From positions 1 to 55,955 of the forward strand of contig JAQXGO010000104.1 in assembly GCA_029006755.1 (NCBI GenBank): DNA of 55,955 bases. Reading direction: 5' to 3'. Shown one piece after another: positions 1 through 10,771 of this stretch. The stretch's first letter is position 1. Each line of letters opens with the position of its first letter. Position numbers and translations under genes: made by a program. The notes beneath the pieces are model-generated. The model had not been told where the DNA came from. It saw nothing but the letters and a program-made list of their open reading frames with translations, and searched no databases. This DNA is from Clostridia bacterium (GTDB lineage Bacteria > Bacillota > Clostridia > UMGS1883 > UMGS1540).

Positions 1-1
1 A

Positions 2-3000
2 CCTGTAAGCCATATTTGGTATTTTAAGGGTAGTCCCAGTCGCCTTGCCCTCATGCTGAACATTTCACCCAGTGAAATTGAAAAAGTGCTTTATTTTGCG
101 GCTTATATTGTAATTGATCCGGGCAAGACGGATTTAGAGAAAACACAGATTTTAACAGAAAAAGAATACAGAGAGCATCTTGAAAAGTACGGAGATGTGT
201 TCCGTGCATCCATGGGTGCTGAGGCTGTGCGTGAGCTGCTTGCAGAGATTGATTTAGATGCGCTGACAGAAGAGCTCCGTGCAGAGTCCGCAGCCGCGCA
301 GGGACAGAAGAAGGCGCGTATTGTAAAGCGCCTTGAGGTTGTAGAAGCCTTCAGAGCTTCCGGCAACCGTCCGGAGTGGATGATTCTGGAAGCCATTCCG
401 GTTATCCCACCGGAAATCCGTCCGATGGTGCAGCTCGATGGCGGACGTTTTGCAACCTCCGATTTGAATGATTTGTATCGACGTGTAATCAATCGAAATA
501 ACCGTCTGAAAAGACTTTTGGATTTAAGCGCACCGGATATTATCGTGCGTAACGAAAAGAGAATGTTGCAGGAAGCCGTAGATGCGCTGATTGACAATGG
601 ACGTCGCGGCAGACCTGTAACAGGCCCCGGCAATCGTGCCTTAAAATCTCTGTCAGATATGCTGAAAGGTAAGCAGGGCCGTTTCCGTCAGAACCTTTTG
701 GGTAAGCGTGTTGACTATTCCGGCCGTTCGGGTATCGGTGTTGGTCCGGAACGGAAGCGTTATCAGTGCGGTTTGCCAAAGGAAATGGCATTAGAATTAT
801 TCAAGCCTTTCGTAATGAAGAAACTGGTTATGAGCGGTTACGCGCATAATATCAAGAGCGCAAAACGTATGGTGGAGCGGGTTCGTCCTGAAGTTTGGGA
901 TGTTTTAGAAGATGTAATTCGTGAGCATCCGGTGCTCTTAAACCGTGCACCTACCTTGCATAGATTAGGAATTCAGGCTTTCGAACCTGTTCTGGTAGAA
1001 GGCCGTGCTTTGAAATTGCATCCGCTTGTTTGTTCTGCATTTAACGCGGACTTTGATGGTGACCAGATGGCTGTGCACGTACCACTTTCACCGGAGGCAC
1101 AGAGCGAAGCCAGATTCCTGATGCTTTCTGCAAACAACCTTTTGAAGCCGCAGGATGGTAAGCCGGTAACAACACCGACACAAGATATGGTTTTGGGCAG
1201 TTATTATCTCACACTGGTAAAGGAAGACGAGGTAGGTGCCGGCAAGTGCTTCTCAAGCTTTACAGAGGCTAAACTTGCCTATGCCCATGGTGTTGTAGGG
1301 CTGCATGCACCGATTCGTGCAATTCATGAAAAAGAAATTGACGGCGTAATGCAAAAACAGCTGATTGATACAACCGTTGGCCGCATTATCTTTAACGAAA
1401 ATATTCCGCAGGATTTGGGCTTTGTGGACAGAACAAAACCAGAGAATATGTTTAAGCTTGAGGTTGAGTTCCTTGCCGGAAAGAGCGCACTGGGTAAGAT
1501 TATTGATAAGTGCATTAAAGCACATGGTATTACGGATACAGCTATTCTTTTGGATAAAATCAAAGAGATGGGTTATAAATATTCCACAAGAGGTGCGATC
1601 ACAATCAGTGTATCCGATATGAAGGTTCCGGAACAGAAGAAACAGATTTTGGAAGAAGCGGATAACGCAGTTGACAAAATTGAAGCACAGTTCCGTCGCG
1701 GTATTTTGACAGACGAAGAACGCTATGCCGGTGTTATTAAAACATGGGAAGGCGCAGTTGCAGATGTAACAGATGCACTCATGAAAGCGCTCGATAAGTA
1801 CAATCCAATTTACATGATGGCTGATTCCGGTGCTCGCGGTAGTATCAATCAGATCCGTCAGCTGGTCGGCATGCGTGGCCTTATGGCTGACACACAGGGT
1901 AAAACTGTTGAAGTTCCTATCCGTGCTAACTTTAAAGAAGGCCTTAATATTTTGGAATACTTTATTTCAACACATGGTGCGCGTAAAGGTCTTGCTGATA
2001 CAGCTATTCGTACAGCAGACTCCGGTTATTTGACAAGACGTCTTGTTGATGTTAGTCAGGATGTTATTATTCGCGAGGATGATTGCCATACAGAGTCTGG
2101 GATTACCGTTTCTTCGATTAAGGACGGCAATGCCATTATCGAGCCCCTTAGCGAACGCCTCGTAGGTCGTGCACCGCTTGAGGATATTATACATCCCGAG
2201 ACGGGTGAAATCCTTGCAGAAAAGGGCAACCTGATTAGCGAGAAAGAGGCTGCTGCCATTGAAGCAGCCGGCATCACACAGGTTAAAATCCGTAGCGTTC
2301 TGCATTGCCATGCCAAGGTTGGCGTTTGTGCAAAATGTTATGGTGCTAACCTTGCCAGCGGCGAGCTTGTCAATGTTGGTGAAGCCGTCGGTATTATTGC
2401 TGCACAGTCCATTGGCGAACCAGGCACACAGCTTACAATGAGAACATTCCACTCCGGCGGTATTGCCGGTGGCGATATTACCCAAGGTTTACCTCGTGTT
2501 GTTGAACTTTTTGAAGCCAGAACACCGAAGGGACTTGCTGTGTTATCTGAGCAGGGTGGCGTAGTAACGATTAACGAGACAAAGAAAAAGAGAGAAATCA
2601 CAGTTACGGACGAAAAAGAAGGTCAAAGCCGAACCTACCTCATTCCTTATGGCTCAAAACTGAAGGTACAGGAAGGGGATGTCATTGAGGAAGGGGATGT
2701 ATTAACAGAAGGTTCTGTAAATCCGCATGATCTCCTTCGCATCAAAGGCGCCCATGCCGTACAGCAGTATATCATCCAGGAAGTGCAGCGCGTATACAGA
2801 CAGCAAGGTGTTGATATTTCTGATAAGCATATCGAAGTGATTGTAAGACAGATGATGCGCAAGGTTAGAATCAAGGATTCCGGAACAACGGAGCTTTTGA
2901 TGGGAACATTGGAGGATCGTTACGCATTCGAGGAAATTCGAAAAGATGCGATAGAAAAAGGGATTATTCCACCGGAAGCGGAAGACGTTGTGCTTGGTAT

Positions 3001-3250
3001 CACAAAGGCATCTTTGGCAACAGATTCCTTCTTGTCTGCAGCATCCTTCCAGGAAACAACGCGTGTGCTTACGGATGCCGCCATCAGGGGTAAGGTGGAT
3101 CCGCTGCTCGGACTTAAGGAAAATGTTATCATTGGTAAGCTGATTCCGGCTGGTACAGGTATGGCAAGATACAGAGATGTCGAGGTGAATACCCATGTTG
3201 ACAATCAGCTGTTTGACAATTTTGATGCAAATTTTCTTGACATGAGGTAA
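2..3250 (+). CDS. rpoC: DNA-directed RNA polymerase beta' subunit (5' partial; frame is open from the window edge)
   Basis: Catalytic NADFDGD motif, [33 protein letters not shown], trigger loop [20 protein letters not shown]. Frame continues upstream of the called ATG at 53 ([10 protein letters not shown]). Confidence 0.99.
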   Translation, partial: PVSHIWYFKGSPSRLALMLNISPSEIEKVLYFAAYIVIDPGKTDLEKTQILTEKEYREHLEKYGDVFRASMGAEAVRELLAEIDLDALTEELRAESAAAQGQKKARIVKRLEVVEAFRASGNRPEWMILEAIPVIPPEIRPMVQLDGGRFATSDLNDLYRRVINRNNRLKRLLDLSAPDIIVRNEKRMLQEAVDALIDNGRRGRPVTGPGNRALKSLSDMLKGKQGRFRQNLLGKRVDYSGRSGIGVGPERKRYQCGLPKEMALELFKPFVMKKLVMSGYAHNIKSAKRMVERVRPEVWDVLEDVIREHPVLLNRAPTLHRLGIQAFEPVLVEGRALKLHPLVCSAFNADFDGDQMAVHVPLSPEAQSEARFLMLSANNLLKPQDGKPVTTPTQDMVLGSYYLTLVKEDEVGAGKCFSSFTEAKLAYAHGVVGLHAPIRAIHEKEIDGVMQKQLIDTTVGRIIFNENIPQDLGFVDRTKPENMFKLEVEFLAGKSALGKIIDKCIKAHGITDTAILLDKIKEMGYKYSTRGAITISVSDMKVPEQKKQILEEADNAVDKIEAQFRRGILTDEERYAGVIKTWEGAVADVTDALMKALDKYNPIYMMADSGARGSINQIRQLVGMRGLMADTQGKTVEVPIRANFKEGLNILEYFISTHGARKGLADTAIRTADSGYLTRRLVDVSQDVIIREDDCHTESGITVSSIKDGNAIIEPLSERLVGRAPLEDIIHPETGEILAEKGNLISEKEAAAIEAAGITQVKIRSVLHCHAKVGVCAKCYGANLASGELVNVGEAVGIIAAQSIGEPGTQLTMRTFHSGGIAGGDITQGLPRVVELFEARTPKGLAVLSEQGGVVTINETKKKREITVTDEKEGQSRTYLIPYGSKLKVQEGDVIEEGDVLTEGSVNPHDLLRIKGAHAVQQYIIQEVQRVYRQQGVDISDKHIEVIVRQMMRKVRIKDSGTTELLMGTLEDRYAFEEIRKDAIEKGIIPPEAEDVVLGITKASLATDSFLSAASFQETTRVLTDAAIRGKVDPLLGLKENVIIGKLIPAGTGMARYRDVEVNTHVDNQLFDNFDANFLDMR

Positions 3251-3265
3251 AATTTGTGCTATAAT
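3237..3265 (+). promoter_or_regulatory. SigA-type promoter of the ybxF-rpsL-rpsG-fusA-tuf operon
   Basis: TTGACA (3237-3242), 17 nt, then TATAAT (3260-3265) preceded by an extended -10 TG. The -35 lies inside the last rpoC codons. Confidence 0.85.
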
Positions 3266-3307
3266 GCATGCTTGTGTGGTATGCTTGCGCATAGATGAGG
3301 GTTATAT

Positions 3308-3550
3308 ATGCTAAATGAATTGCAAACCGATCATAAAATCGTTGGTTTTAAACAATCGATGAAGGCTGTTGGGGCAGGAGAGGTAAAGAAGGCATTCGTG
3401 GCTATGGATGCAGATGTACATGTTACTACCCCTTTTGTGCACGCCTGTCAGGATAAGGGTGTTGCAGTCGAATATTGCGATAGCTGCCGCATCTTGGGGG
3501 ACGCCTGCGGCATTGAAGTGGGCGCCGCCGTAGCTGTTTTACTCTGGTAA
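3308..3550 (+). CDS. ybxF: L7Ae/L30e-family RNA-binding protein (YbxF/RplGB-like)
   Basis: 80 aa; VGFKQSMKA...FVAMDAD...LGDACGIEVGAAVA pattern; conserved Firmicute position between rpoC and rpsL. Confidence 0.9.
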   Translation: MLNELQTDHKIVGFKQSMKAVGAGEVKKAFVAMDADVHVTTPFVHACQDKGVAVEYCDSCRILGDACGIEVGAAVAVLLW

Positions 3551-3642
3551 AACTTTATAGTTGTATGTTATGCTGTGCTGTGTTTCGTATGGGATGCAGC
3601 AGGTATGCATGATATTCTATTTTATAATGGGGAGGTGAAAAA

Positions 3643-4059
3643 ATGCCAACATTTAATCAGCTGGTTCGTAAAGGCAGAGAAACAAGTGTCAAAAAGTCTA
3701 CTGCACCTGCACTTTTAAAGGGTCTGAACTCCTTGAAAAAGGAATTAAACGATCAGAACTCTCCGCAGAAGCGTGGTGTATGTACAGCGGTTAAGACGAT
3801 GACACCGAAAAAGCCGAACTCTGCGCTCCGTAAAATTGCGAGAGTGCGTCTGTCCAACGGTATCGAAGTGACATCATATATTCCTGGCGTAGGGCATAAC
3901 CTGCAGGAGCATAGTGTTGTTCTTATCCGTGGCGGCAGAGTAAAAGACCTTCCTGGTGTACGTTACCATATTATCAGAGGTACACTGGATACGGCAGGTG
4001 TTGCTAAGCGCGAACAGTCCAGAAGTAAGTATGGCGCAAAGAAACCGAAGGGTAAATAA
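3643..4059 (+). CDS. rpsL: 30S ribosomal protein S12
   Basis: [35 protein letters not shown]; GGAGGTG RBS. Confidence 0.99.
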   Translation: MPTFNQLVRKGRETSVKKSTAPALLKGLNSLKKELNDQNSPQKRGVCTAVKTMTPKKPNSALRKIARVRLSNGIEVTSYIPGVGHNLQEHSVVLIRGGRVKDLPGVRYHIIRGTLDTAGVAKREQSRSKYGAKKPKGK

Positions 4060-4213
4060 TTCCGCACCATGCGAATTGAAGGGGCAGGATACCCTTCACG
4101 TGCGATGCGGCTTATATAGTGCAAATTTTGCACATTGATATATTCGCGTTGCGCTGACAAAGCTAAGCTTTGAGTACCTGTGAATTCATAAAATAATGAA
4201 GGAGGGAAGTATA

Positions 4214-4684
4214 GTGCCAAGAAGAGGTTTTATTGCAAAACGTGATGTTCTGCCTGATCCGCTTTATAATGATAAAGTTGTAACAAGACTCATCAACAAT
4301 ATTATGCTGGACGGCAAGAAGGGCGTTGCGCAGAAGATTGTTTACGATGCATTTGACATCATTCGTGAAAAGACCGGTAAAGAGCCTGTAGAAGTATTCA
4401 CACAGGCTATGGAGAACATTATGCCCGTTTTGGAGGTTAAGGCACGTCGTGTTGGCGGTGCCACATACCAGGTACCTATGGAGGTGCGTCCGGAAAGACG
4501 GCAAACTTTGGGTCTTCGTTGGCTTACCACCTATTCTCGTGCAAGAAACGAGCGTACAATGAGCGAGCGTTTGGCAAATGAGATTATGGATGCAGTAAAC
4601 AACATTGGTTCATCTGTCAAGAAACGTGAAGATACACACAAGATGGCAGAAGCAAATAAGGCATTTGCACATTACAGATGGTAG
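4214..4684 (+). CDS. rpsG: 30S ribosomal protein S7
   Basis: GTG start at 4214 after GGAGGG gives MPRRG..., 156 aa; [26 protein letters not shown]. Confidence 0.99.
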   Translation: MPRRGFIAKRDVLPDPLYNDKVVTRLINNIMLDGKKGVAQKIVYDAFDIIREKTGKEPVEVFTQAMENIMPVLEVKARRVGGATYQVPMEVRPERRQTLGLRWLTTYSRARNERTMSERLANEIMDAVNNIGSSVKKREDTHKMAEANKAFAHYRW

Positions 4685-4827
4685 AATAAATCTGTGTGAG
4701 GGGCGGTCTTGCGCCGCCCCGGCACAGTCGGCAAACCTAATTGCCCGGCTAGCGACCAAGCGGCAGTATCTGCGTGCGTTTTGCAAAGTTTGGGTTTTTG
4801 TAGGTCTTAATGAAAGGAGGCGTAAGT

Positions 4828-6903
4828 TTGCCGAGAAAATTTTCACTTGAAAAAACAAGAAACATCGGTATTATGGCGCATATCGATGCTGGTAAAACTA
4901 CAACAACTGAGCGTATTCTGTTTTATACAGGCAGAGTACACAGAATAGGAGAGGTGCACGAAGGTGCAGCTACCATGGACTGGATGGAGCAGGAGCAGGA
5001 GCGTGGTATCACCATTACTTCTGCAGCTACTACCGCAGAGTGGAAAAACAATCGTATTAATATTATAGATACGCCCGGACACGTTGACTTTACTGTTGAA
5101 GTTGAGCGTTCCTTGCGTGTTTTGGACGGTTCTGTTACTGTACTCTGTGCAAAAGGCGGCGTTGAGCCCCAGTCCGAAACCGTTTGGCGTCAGGCTGATA
5201 AGTATTGCGTTCCCCGTATGGCTTATGTAAATAAGATGGATATTATGGGTGCAGACTTCTATAATGTTGTACACATGATGAAGGAGAGATTGCATTGTAA
5301 CGCCGTACCGATTCAGTTGCCTATTGGTGCTGAAGACACATTTAAGGGCCTTATCGACTTGGTCGAAATGAAGGCTTATGTCTATTATGATGATCTGGGA
5401 AAAGATGAAAGACAGGAAGAAATTCCTGCTGACATGCTTGAGAAGGCAGAAGAATACCATAATGCATTAGTTGAAGCTGTTGCAGAGCAGGACGAAGAGC
5501 TGATGATGAAGTATCTGGAAGGCGAAGAGTTGACCATTGATGAAATCAAAAAGGGCATTCGCGATGCTACAATTGCAGTTAAGATGACACCGGTACTTTG
5601 CGGTACTTCTTACCGCAATAAAGGTGTACAGAACCTTTTGGATGCGATTGTAGATTATATGCCTTCTCCGCTTGACATTCCTCCGATTGCCGGTACTTTA
5701 CCGGATTCTGAGGAGGAAACCTGCAGACATGCAAGTGATGAAGAGCCTTTCTCCGCATTGGCCTTTAAAATCATGACTGACCCGTATGTAGGTAAGCTTT
5801 GCTTTTTCCGTGTATACTCCGGTACTTTGAATTCCGGTTCTCATGTGTATAACTCCACAAAGGGCAACCGCGAAAGAGTGGGTCGTATTCTGCAGATGCA
5901 TGCAAACCACAGAGAGGATATTGACACAGTATATTCCGGTGATATTGCTGCTGCAGTTGGTCTTAAGAATACAACAACAGGTGATACGCTTTGCGATGAA
6001 AACAACCCTGTAATTCTTGAATCTATGGAATTCCCGGAACCGGTTATCCGCGTTGCAATCGAGCCGAAGACAAAGGCCGGCCAGGAAAAAATGGGTATTT
6101 CTCTTGCAAAACTTGCAGAAGAAGATCCGACATTCCGTGCTTATACAGATGAAGAAACCGGACAGACGATTATTGCCGGTATGGGTGAGCTCCACCTTGA
6201 AATTATTGTTGACCGCCTTTTGCGTGAGTTTAAGGTAGAAGCAAACGTTGGTAAGCCACAGGTTTCTTATAAGGAAACCATTCGCAAGCCCGTTAAGGTT
6301 GAGCACAAGTACGCAAGGCAGTCTGGCGGTAAAGGTCAGTACGGGCACGTTGTGATTGAGATGGAGCCGCTTGAACCCGGTAAGGGCTATGAATTTGTGA
6401 ATAAAATTGTTGGTGGTGCAATTCCGAAGGAATACATTCCGGCAGTTGACGCAGGTATTCAGAGCGCAATGCAGAGTGGTGTTTTGGCAGGCTACAACGT
6501 AGTGGACATTCGTGTCACATTGGTTGATGGTTCTTACCATGAGGTTGACTCCTCTGAAATGGCATTTAAGATTGCCGGTTCTATGGCCTTTAAGGATGGC
6601 TGCAGAAAGGGTGATCCCGTGCTGAAAGAGCCTATCATGCAGGTGGACGTTATCGTACCTGAAGAGTATATGGGCGATGTTATGGGTGACATTAACTCGC
6701 GCAGAGGTCAGATTCAGGGCATGGAAGCCAGAACAGGTGCACAGGCAATCAGCGCATTTGTTCCTTTGAGCGAAATGTTCGGTTATGCAACTGACCTTCG
6801 TTCTAAAACACAGGGTCGTGGCCAGTATACTATGCAGCCCAGCCACTACGAAGAAGTACCAAAGAGCATTTTGGAAGCAATTGTATCGGGCAAAAATAAA
6901 TAA
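4828..6903 (+). CDS. fusA: Elongation factor G
   Basis: TTG start after AAAGGAGG; [33 protein letters not shown]. Confidence 0.99.
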   Translation: MPRKFSLEKTRNIGIMAHIDAGKTTTTERILFYTGRVHRIGEVHEGAATMDWMEQEQERGITITSAATTAEWKNNRINIIDTPGHVDFTVEVERSLRVLDGSVTVLCAKGGVEPQSETVWRQADKYCVPRMAYVNKMDIMGADFYNVVHMMKERLHCNAVPIQLPIGAEDTFKGLIDLVEMKAYVYYDDLGKDERQEEIPADMLEKAEEYHNALVEAVAEQDEELMMKYLEGEELTIDEIKKGIRDATIAVKMTPVLCGTSYRNKGVQNLLDAIVDYMPSPLDIPPIAGTLPDSEEETCRHASDEEPFSALAFKIMTDPYVGKLCFFRVYSGTLNSGSHVYNSTKGNRERVGRILQMHANHREDIDTVYSGDIAAAVGLKNTTTGDTLCDENNPVILESMEFPEPVIRVAIEPKTKAGQEKMGISLAKLAEEDPTFRAYTDEETGQTIIAGMGELHLEIIVDRLLREFKVEANVGKPQVSYKETIRKPVKVEHKYARQSGGKGQYGHVVIEMEPLEPGKGYEFVNKIVGGAIPKEYIPAVDAGIQSAMQSGVLAGYNVVDIRVTLVDGSYHEVDSSEMAFKIAGSMAFKDGCRKGDPVLKEPIMQVDVIVPEEYMGDVMGDINSRRGQIQGMEARTGAQAISAFVPLSEMFGYATDLRSKTQGRGQYTMQPSHYEEVPKSILEAIVSGKNK

Positions 6904-6926
6904 ATTACAGTTTTTTCAAAAAATGC

Positions 6927-6955
6927 TTGATTTTTCAGCAGAATTATATTATGAT
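6927..6955 (+). promoter_or_regulatory. Internal SigA-type promoter for tuf
   Basis: TTGATT (6927-6932), 17 nt, TATGAT (6950-6955) in the fusA-tuf spacer. Confidence 0.65.
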
Positions 6956-6997
6956 AGCTATAAGTAGAAAATAGTTAATTAGAGGAGGATTTTAAGA

Positions 6998-8200
6998 ATG
7001 GCGAAGGAAAAATTCGAAAGAAACAAACCCCATGTAAACATTGGTACAATTGGTCACGTTGACCATGGTAAGACTTCTCTGACAGCCGCAATCACAAAGG
7101 TTCTGGCTATGCAGGGTAAGGCAAAGTACGAAGCTTATGACATGATTGATAAAGCTCCGGAAGAAAGAGAAAGAGGTATCACCATTTCCACAGCTCACGT
7201 TGAGTATGAAACAGATGCAAGACACTACGCACACGTTGACTGCCCGGGCCATGCTGACTATGTTAAGAACATGATCACTGGTGCTGCACAGATGGATGGT
7301 GCTATCCTTGTTGTTTCCGCTGCTGATGGTCCTATGCCGCAGACAAGAGAGCACATTCTGCTTTCTCGTCAGGTTGGTGTACCTTATATCGTAGTATTCC
7401 TTAACAAGAGAGACCAAGTTGATGATGATGAACTTCTCGAACTGGTCGAAATGGAAATTCGCGAACTCCTGAACGAGTACGAGTTCCCGGGCGATGAAAT
7501 TCCGATCGTTGCCGGTTCTGCTTTGGAAGCTTTGGAATCTACTTCCACAGATCCTTCTGATCCTGTATATGCACCTATCATCGAGCTTATGCAGAAGGTT
7601 GACGAATATATCCCCACACCGGAAAGAAAGACAGATCTACCATTCCTTATGCCTGTTGAAGACGTATTCTCCATCACAGGCCGTGGTACAGTAGCTACCG
7701 GCCGTGTTGAGAGAGGTGCTCTTAAAGTTTCCGACGAAGTTGAAATCGTTGGTCTTACAGATGAGGCTCGCAAGGTTGTTGTTACCGGTATTGAAATGTT
7801 CAGAAAGCTTCTTGACCAGGCTGAAGCTGGCGATAACATCGGTGCTCTGCTCCGTGGTGTACAGAGAAACGAAATCGAAAGAGGACAGGTTCTGGCAAAG
7901 CCCGGTTCCATTCATCCTCACACAGCTTTCAAGGGCGAAGTTTACGTTCTGACGAAAGATGAAGGTGGTCGTCATACACCGTTCTTCAATAACTACAGAC
8001 CGCAGTTCTATTTCAGAACAACTGACGTTACAGGTGTTGTAAGCCTTCCTGAGGGCGTTGAAATGTGCATGCCTGGTGATAACGTTTCTATTTCTGTAGA
8101 ACTCATTACACCTATTGCTATTGAAGAAGGCCTTCGTTTTGCTATCCGTGAAGGCGGCAGAACAGTTGGTTCTGGTGTTGTTAGCTCCATCAGCAAATAA
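6998..8200 (+). CDS. tuf: Elongation factor Tu
   Basis: [55 protein letters not shown]. Confidence 0.99.
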   Translation: MAKEKFERNKPHVNIGTIGHVDHGKTSLTAAITKVLAMQGKAKYEAYDMIDKAPEERERGITISTAHVEYETDARHYAHVDCPGHADYVKNMITGAAQMDGAILVVSAADGPMPQTREHILLSRQVGVPYIVVFLNKRDQVDDDELLELVEMEIRELLNEYEFPGDEIPIVAGSALEALESTSTDPSDPVYAPIIELMQKVDEYIPTPERKTDLPFLMPVEDVFSITGRGTVATGRVERGALKVSDEVEIVGLTDEARKVVVTGIEMFRKLLDQAEAGDNIGALLRGVQRNEIERGQVLAKPGSIHPHTAFKGEVYVLTKDEGGRHTPFFNNYRPQFYFRTTDVTGVVSLPEGVEMCMPGDNVSISVELITPIAIEEGLRFAIREGGRTVGSGVVSSISK

Positions 8201-8210
8201 GACTGTTTTG

Positions 8211-8241
8211 AACGAGGGTGCATCAATTGCACCCTCGTTTT
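8211..8241 (+). terminator. Intrinsic terminator after tuf
   Basis: Perfect 12-bp stem AACGAGGGTGCA/TGCACCCTCGTT with a 5-nt loop and a short T run. Confidence 0.8.
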
Positions 8242-8300
8242 GGCTTTGAAAAATGGGTGTTCTGCGCATTTTCTCAGAGCCATTTTTAATATAAAGGAGA

Positions 8301-8783
8301 ATGGCTATGCAAAGACGAGATAAGTATAATTATTACCTGGATATTGCTGAAACTGTGACAGAAAGAGGCACGTGCCTGCGGCGTAATTTTGGTGCCATTA
8401 TTGTAAAAAATGATGAGATTATATCCAGCGGTTATACCGGCGCACCGCGTGGCTGTGCAAATTGCATCGATCTTGCTACATGTCGCCGCGAGGAATTGAA
8501 GGTTCCGCGTGGAGAGCGGTATGAGCTTTGCCGTAGCGTCCATGCGGAGGCAAATGCTATTATAAGTGCCTCTCGCAGAGATATGATTGGCGCTGTTTTG
8601 TATTTGGTAGGGAAGGATGCAAAAAATGGCTCTCTTGTTGAGAATACCATGCCTTGCGCAATGTGTACACGTCTTATCATCAACGCCGGAATTTCTCTTG
8701 TGGTTATCCGTGTTACCGAGGATACATATAAAATTGTAGACGTTAAGGATTGGGTATTACAGGATCGTATTATGGATGTCTGA
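8301..8783 (+). CDS. Deoxycytidylate deaminase (ComEB/dCMP deaminase family)
   Basis: Zn-deaminase motifs HAEANA and PCAMC; RGTCLRR..GAII and GYTGAPRG typical of this family; AAGGAG RBS. Confidence 0.88.
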   Translation: MAMQRRDKYNYYLDIAETVTERGTCLRRNFGAIIVKNDEIISSGYTGAPRGCANCIDLATCRREELKVPRGERYELCRSVHAEANAIISASRRDMIGAVLYLVGKDAKNGSLVENTMPCAMCTRLIINAGISLVVIRVTEDTYKIVDVKDWVLQDRIMDV

Positions 8784-8811
8784 AAATAGTATATAATTTG
8801 TTAAAAAAAGC

Positions 8812-8840
8812 TTGACAAATTGGAAGAAAACATGTATAAT
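8812..8840 (+). promoter_or_regulatory. SigA promoter of the T-box leader
   Basis: Consensus TTGACA (8812-8817), 17 nt, TATAAT (8835-8840). Confidence 0.9.
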
Positions 8841-8858
8841 AAAGAAAATTGAATATGT

Positions 8859-9117
8859 AAACGCAATGAAGAGAAGGAGTACCTGCAGGGAAGCTGATAG
8901 AGAGAAGCGGATGGTGGAAGCGCTTTAGTGGAAGTGTAGGGAAGTAGTCTTGGAGCTGCGAACCGAACAGGTCAACTTAGTAGGCTTCGACGGAATTCCA
9001 ACCGTAAAATAGGAAGCGGCATAATTGTGCTGCATGAGGTATATCAGTAATGCGGTATACGAAGTTAGGTGGTAACACGAGTCATTCGTCCTAATAGGAT
9101 GGATGACTTTTTATTTT
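8859..9117 (+). promoter_or_regulatory. T-box riboswitch leader, valine specifier (GUA)
   Basis: Stem I with AGAGA bulge and GGTGGAA apical loop; specifier GAA-GTA-G (GTA at 8944-8946); stem II GAA/AGTA; CCGTAA box; T-box AGGTGGTAACACG (9067-9079) able to pair with CGTCCT; terminator 9080-9108 followed by a T tract. Confidence 0.93.
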
Positions 9118-9129
9118 AAGGAGGAAAAA

Positions 9130-10755
9130 ATGGAACTTTTGACAAAGTACTTACCTAAAACCGAATTTGAAAGTTATGAAGATTTTAAGGAAAACTTCTC
9201 CTTAAAGGTGCCGGAAAGATTTGACTTTGCACGCGATATTGTCGATGAGTGGGCAAGGCTCGAACCGGAAAAACGTGCTCTCTTGTATTGTGATGATAAT
9301 GGAAATGACAGAACTTTTACTTTTAAGGATATTTCTATCTTATCCAAAAAAGCGGCATCCTACTTTGCGGAACAAGGAATAGGCAAAGGTGATAGGGTTA
9401 TGACGCTTTTAAGGAGGCGGTATGAATATTGGATTATCGCCGTTGCACTGCACCGCCTTGGAGCAACGCTTTTGCCGGCTTCTATTCAGTTGCGGGCAAA
9501 GGATATTGATTATCGCGTGGTGCAGGCGAAGGCAAAAATGATTGTTGCGGTGCAGGATGATTTTGTATGTCAGCAAATTTCTCAGCTGCAAAGTGATTGC
9601 AAGGTCGTTTTCGCCGGCGATCATAAGGTGGAGGGCTATCCGTACTTTAACGAACGCTATGAAAGCTGCCCTCTTTATGAAGAACCATGTACCGGGAAGA
9701 ATGAAGATGAAATGCTTATTTATTTCACCTCCGGTACTTCCGGATACCCAAAAATGGCCGTGCATAACCGCACCTATCCTTTGGGGCATATTTTAACAGC
9801 AAAATATATGCAGTGCGTGCAGAACAATGGATTGCATTTAACACAAGCAGATAGCGGCTGGGCAAAGTTTGGTTGGGGCAACATCTATGGTCAATGGATT
9901 TGCGGCAGTGCGATTTTGGGGTATGACCCGATTCGTTTTAGCCCGGAACGGCTCATGGAGCATTTGCGTGATTATAAACCAACTTCTCTCTGTATTCCGC
10001 CTACGATGTATAGATTTTTATTAAAAGCAGGTGTTGGCGCTGAACATCTCCAGTCGATTCAGTGGTTTTCCACTGCCGGAGAACCGCTTAGCGGCGAGGT
10101 AAACCGTGCATTTTATAATATTTGCGGCCGTTATATTCACGAGGGCTATGGTCAAAGCGAAGGTACACCGATTACCTGTTCCTTCCAGTGGATGGATATT
10201 TGTCCGTCCTCTATGGGAAAACCTTCTCCGCTTTATGATGTGGCAATCGTGAATAAGGAAGGAAAGCGCTGCAGTGAAGGAGAAGAAGGGGAAGTTGTTA
10301 TCTTCTCTGAAAAAAATAAGGTTGGCCTTTTGGATTATTATTATAAGGATGGGGAAAGAATAGATCCTTTGGAGGATGGCATCTATCATACCGGGGATAT
10401 GGCGTATGCAGATGAAAATGGCTATTACTGGTATGTAGGACGGAATGACGATATGATTAAATGTTCCGGCTATAGAATCGGGCCGTTTGAAATCGAAAGC
10501 ATTTTAAACACGCATGTAGCGGTTAAGGAAAGCGCTATTGTCGGTCGGCCGGACGAAATTCGCGGGCAGATTGTATGCGCGGTTGTCGTGCTTTCACCGG
10601 GATATACACCATCGGACGAGCTGACGCATGAATTACAGGATTATGTAAAGAAAATGACCGCACCCTATAAATATCCGCGGCGGATTGAATATGTAGAGCG
10701 CTTGCCCAAGACTACCTCCGGCAAGATTATTAGAAATGCACTGCGCAGCGAATAA
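9130..10755 (+). CDS. AMP-forming short/medium-chain acyl-CoA synthetase (resembles the Methanosarcina AAE/MACS subfamily)
   Basis: [12 protein letters not shown]-loop, [41 protein letters not shown]; N-terminus [18 protein letters not shown]; ATG at 9130 after AAGGAGG. Confidence 0.9.
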   Translation: MELLTKYLPKTEFESYEDFKENFSLKVPERFDFARDIVDEWARLEPEKRALLYCDDNGNDRTFTFKDISILSKKAASYFAEQGIGKGDRVMTLLRRRYEYWIIAVALHRLGATLLPASIQLRAKDIDYRVVQAKAKMIVAVQDDFVCQQISQLQSDCKVVFAGDHKVEGYPYFNERYESCPLYEEPCTGKNEDEMLIYFTSGTSGYPKMAVHNRTYPLGHILTAKYMQCVQNNGLHLTQADSGWAKFGWGNIYGQWICGSAILGYDPIRFSPERLMEHLRDYKPTSLCIPPTMYRFLLKAGVGAEHLQSIQWFSTAGEPLSGEVNRAFYNICGRYIHEGYGQSEGTPITCSFQWMDICPSSMGKPSPLYDVAIVNKEGKRCSEGEEGEVVIFSEKNKVGLLDYYYKDGERIDPLEDGIYHTGDMAYADENGYYWYVGRNDDMIKCSGYRIGPFEIESILNTHVAVKESAIVGRPDEIRGQIVCAVVVLSPGYTPSDELTHELQDYVKKMTAPYKYPRRIEYVERLPKTTSGKIIRNALRSE

Positions 10756-10771
10756 TAAAGGAGAGAAGAAA

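Noticed and set aside
3643-4059. Possible streptomycin-resistance alleles in rpsL
   Set aside because: TPKKPNS and RVKDLP are wild type.
4725-4810. GGCAAACC...GCAAAG resembling a c-di-GMP-I riboswitch
   Set aside because: Lacks the GAAA tetraloop stem and correct spacing, and the context is implausible.
4843-8269. Long antisense ORFs (up to 382 aa) over fusA and tuf
   Set aside because: Shadow frames caused by codon bias in highly expressed genes; no RBS or recognisable motifs.
8201-8300. No rpsJ (S10) operon after tuf
   Set aside because: Separation of the str and S10 clusters is common in Clostridia.
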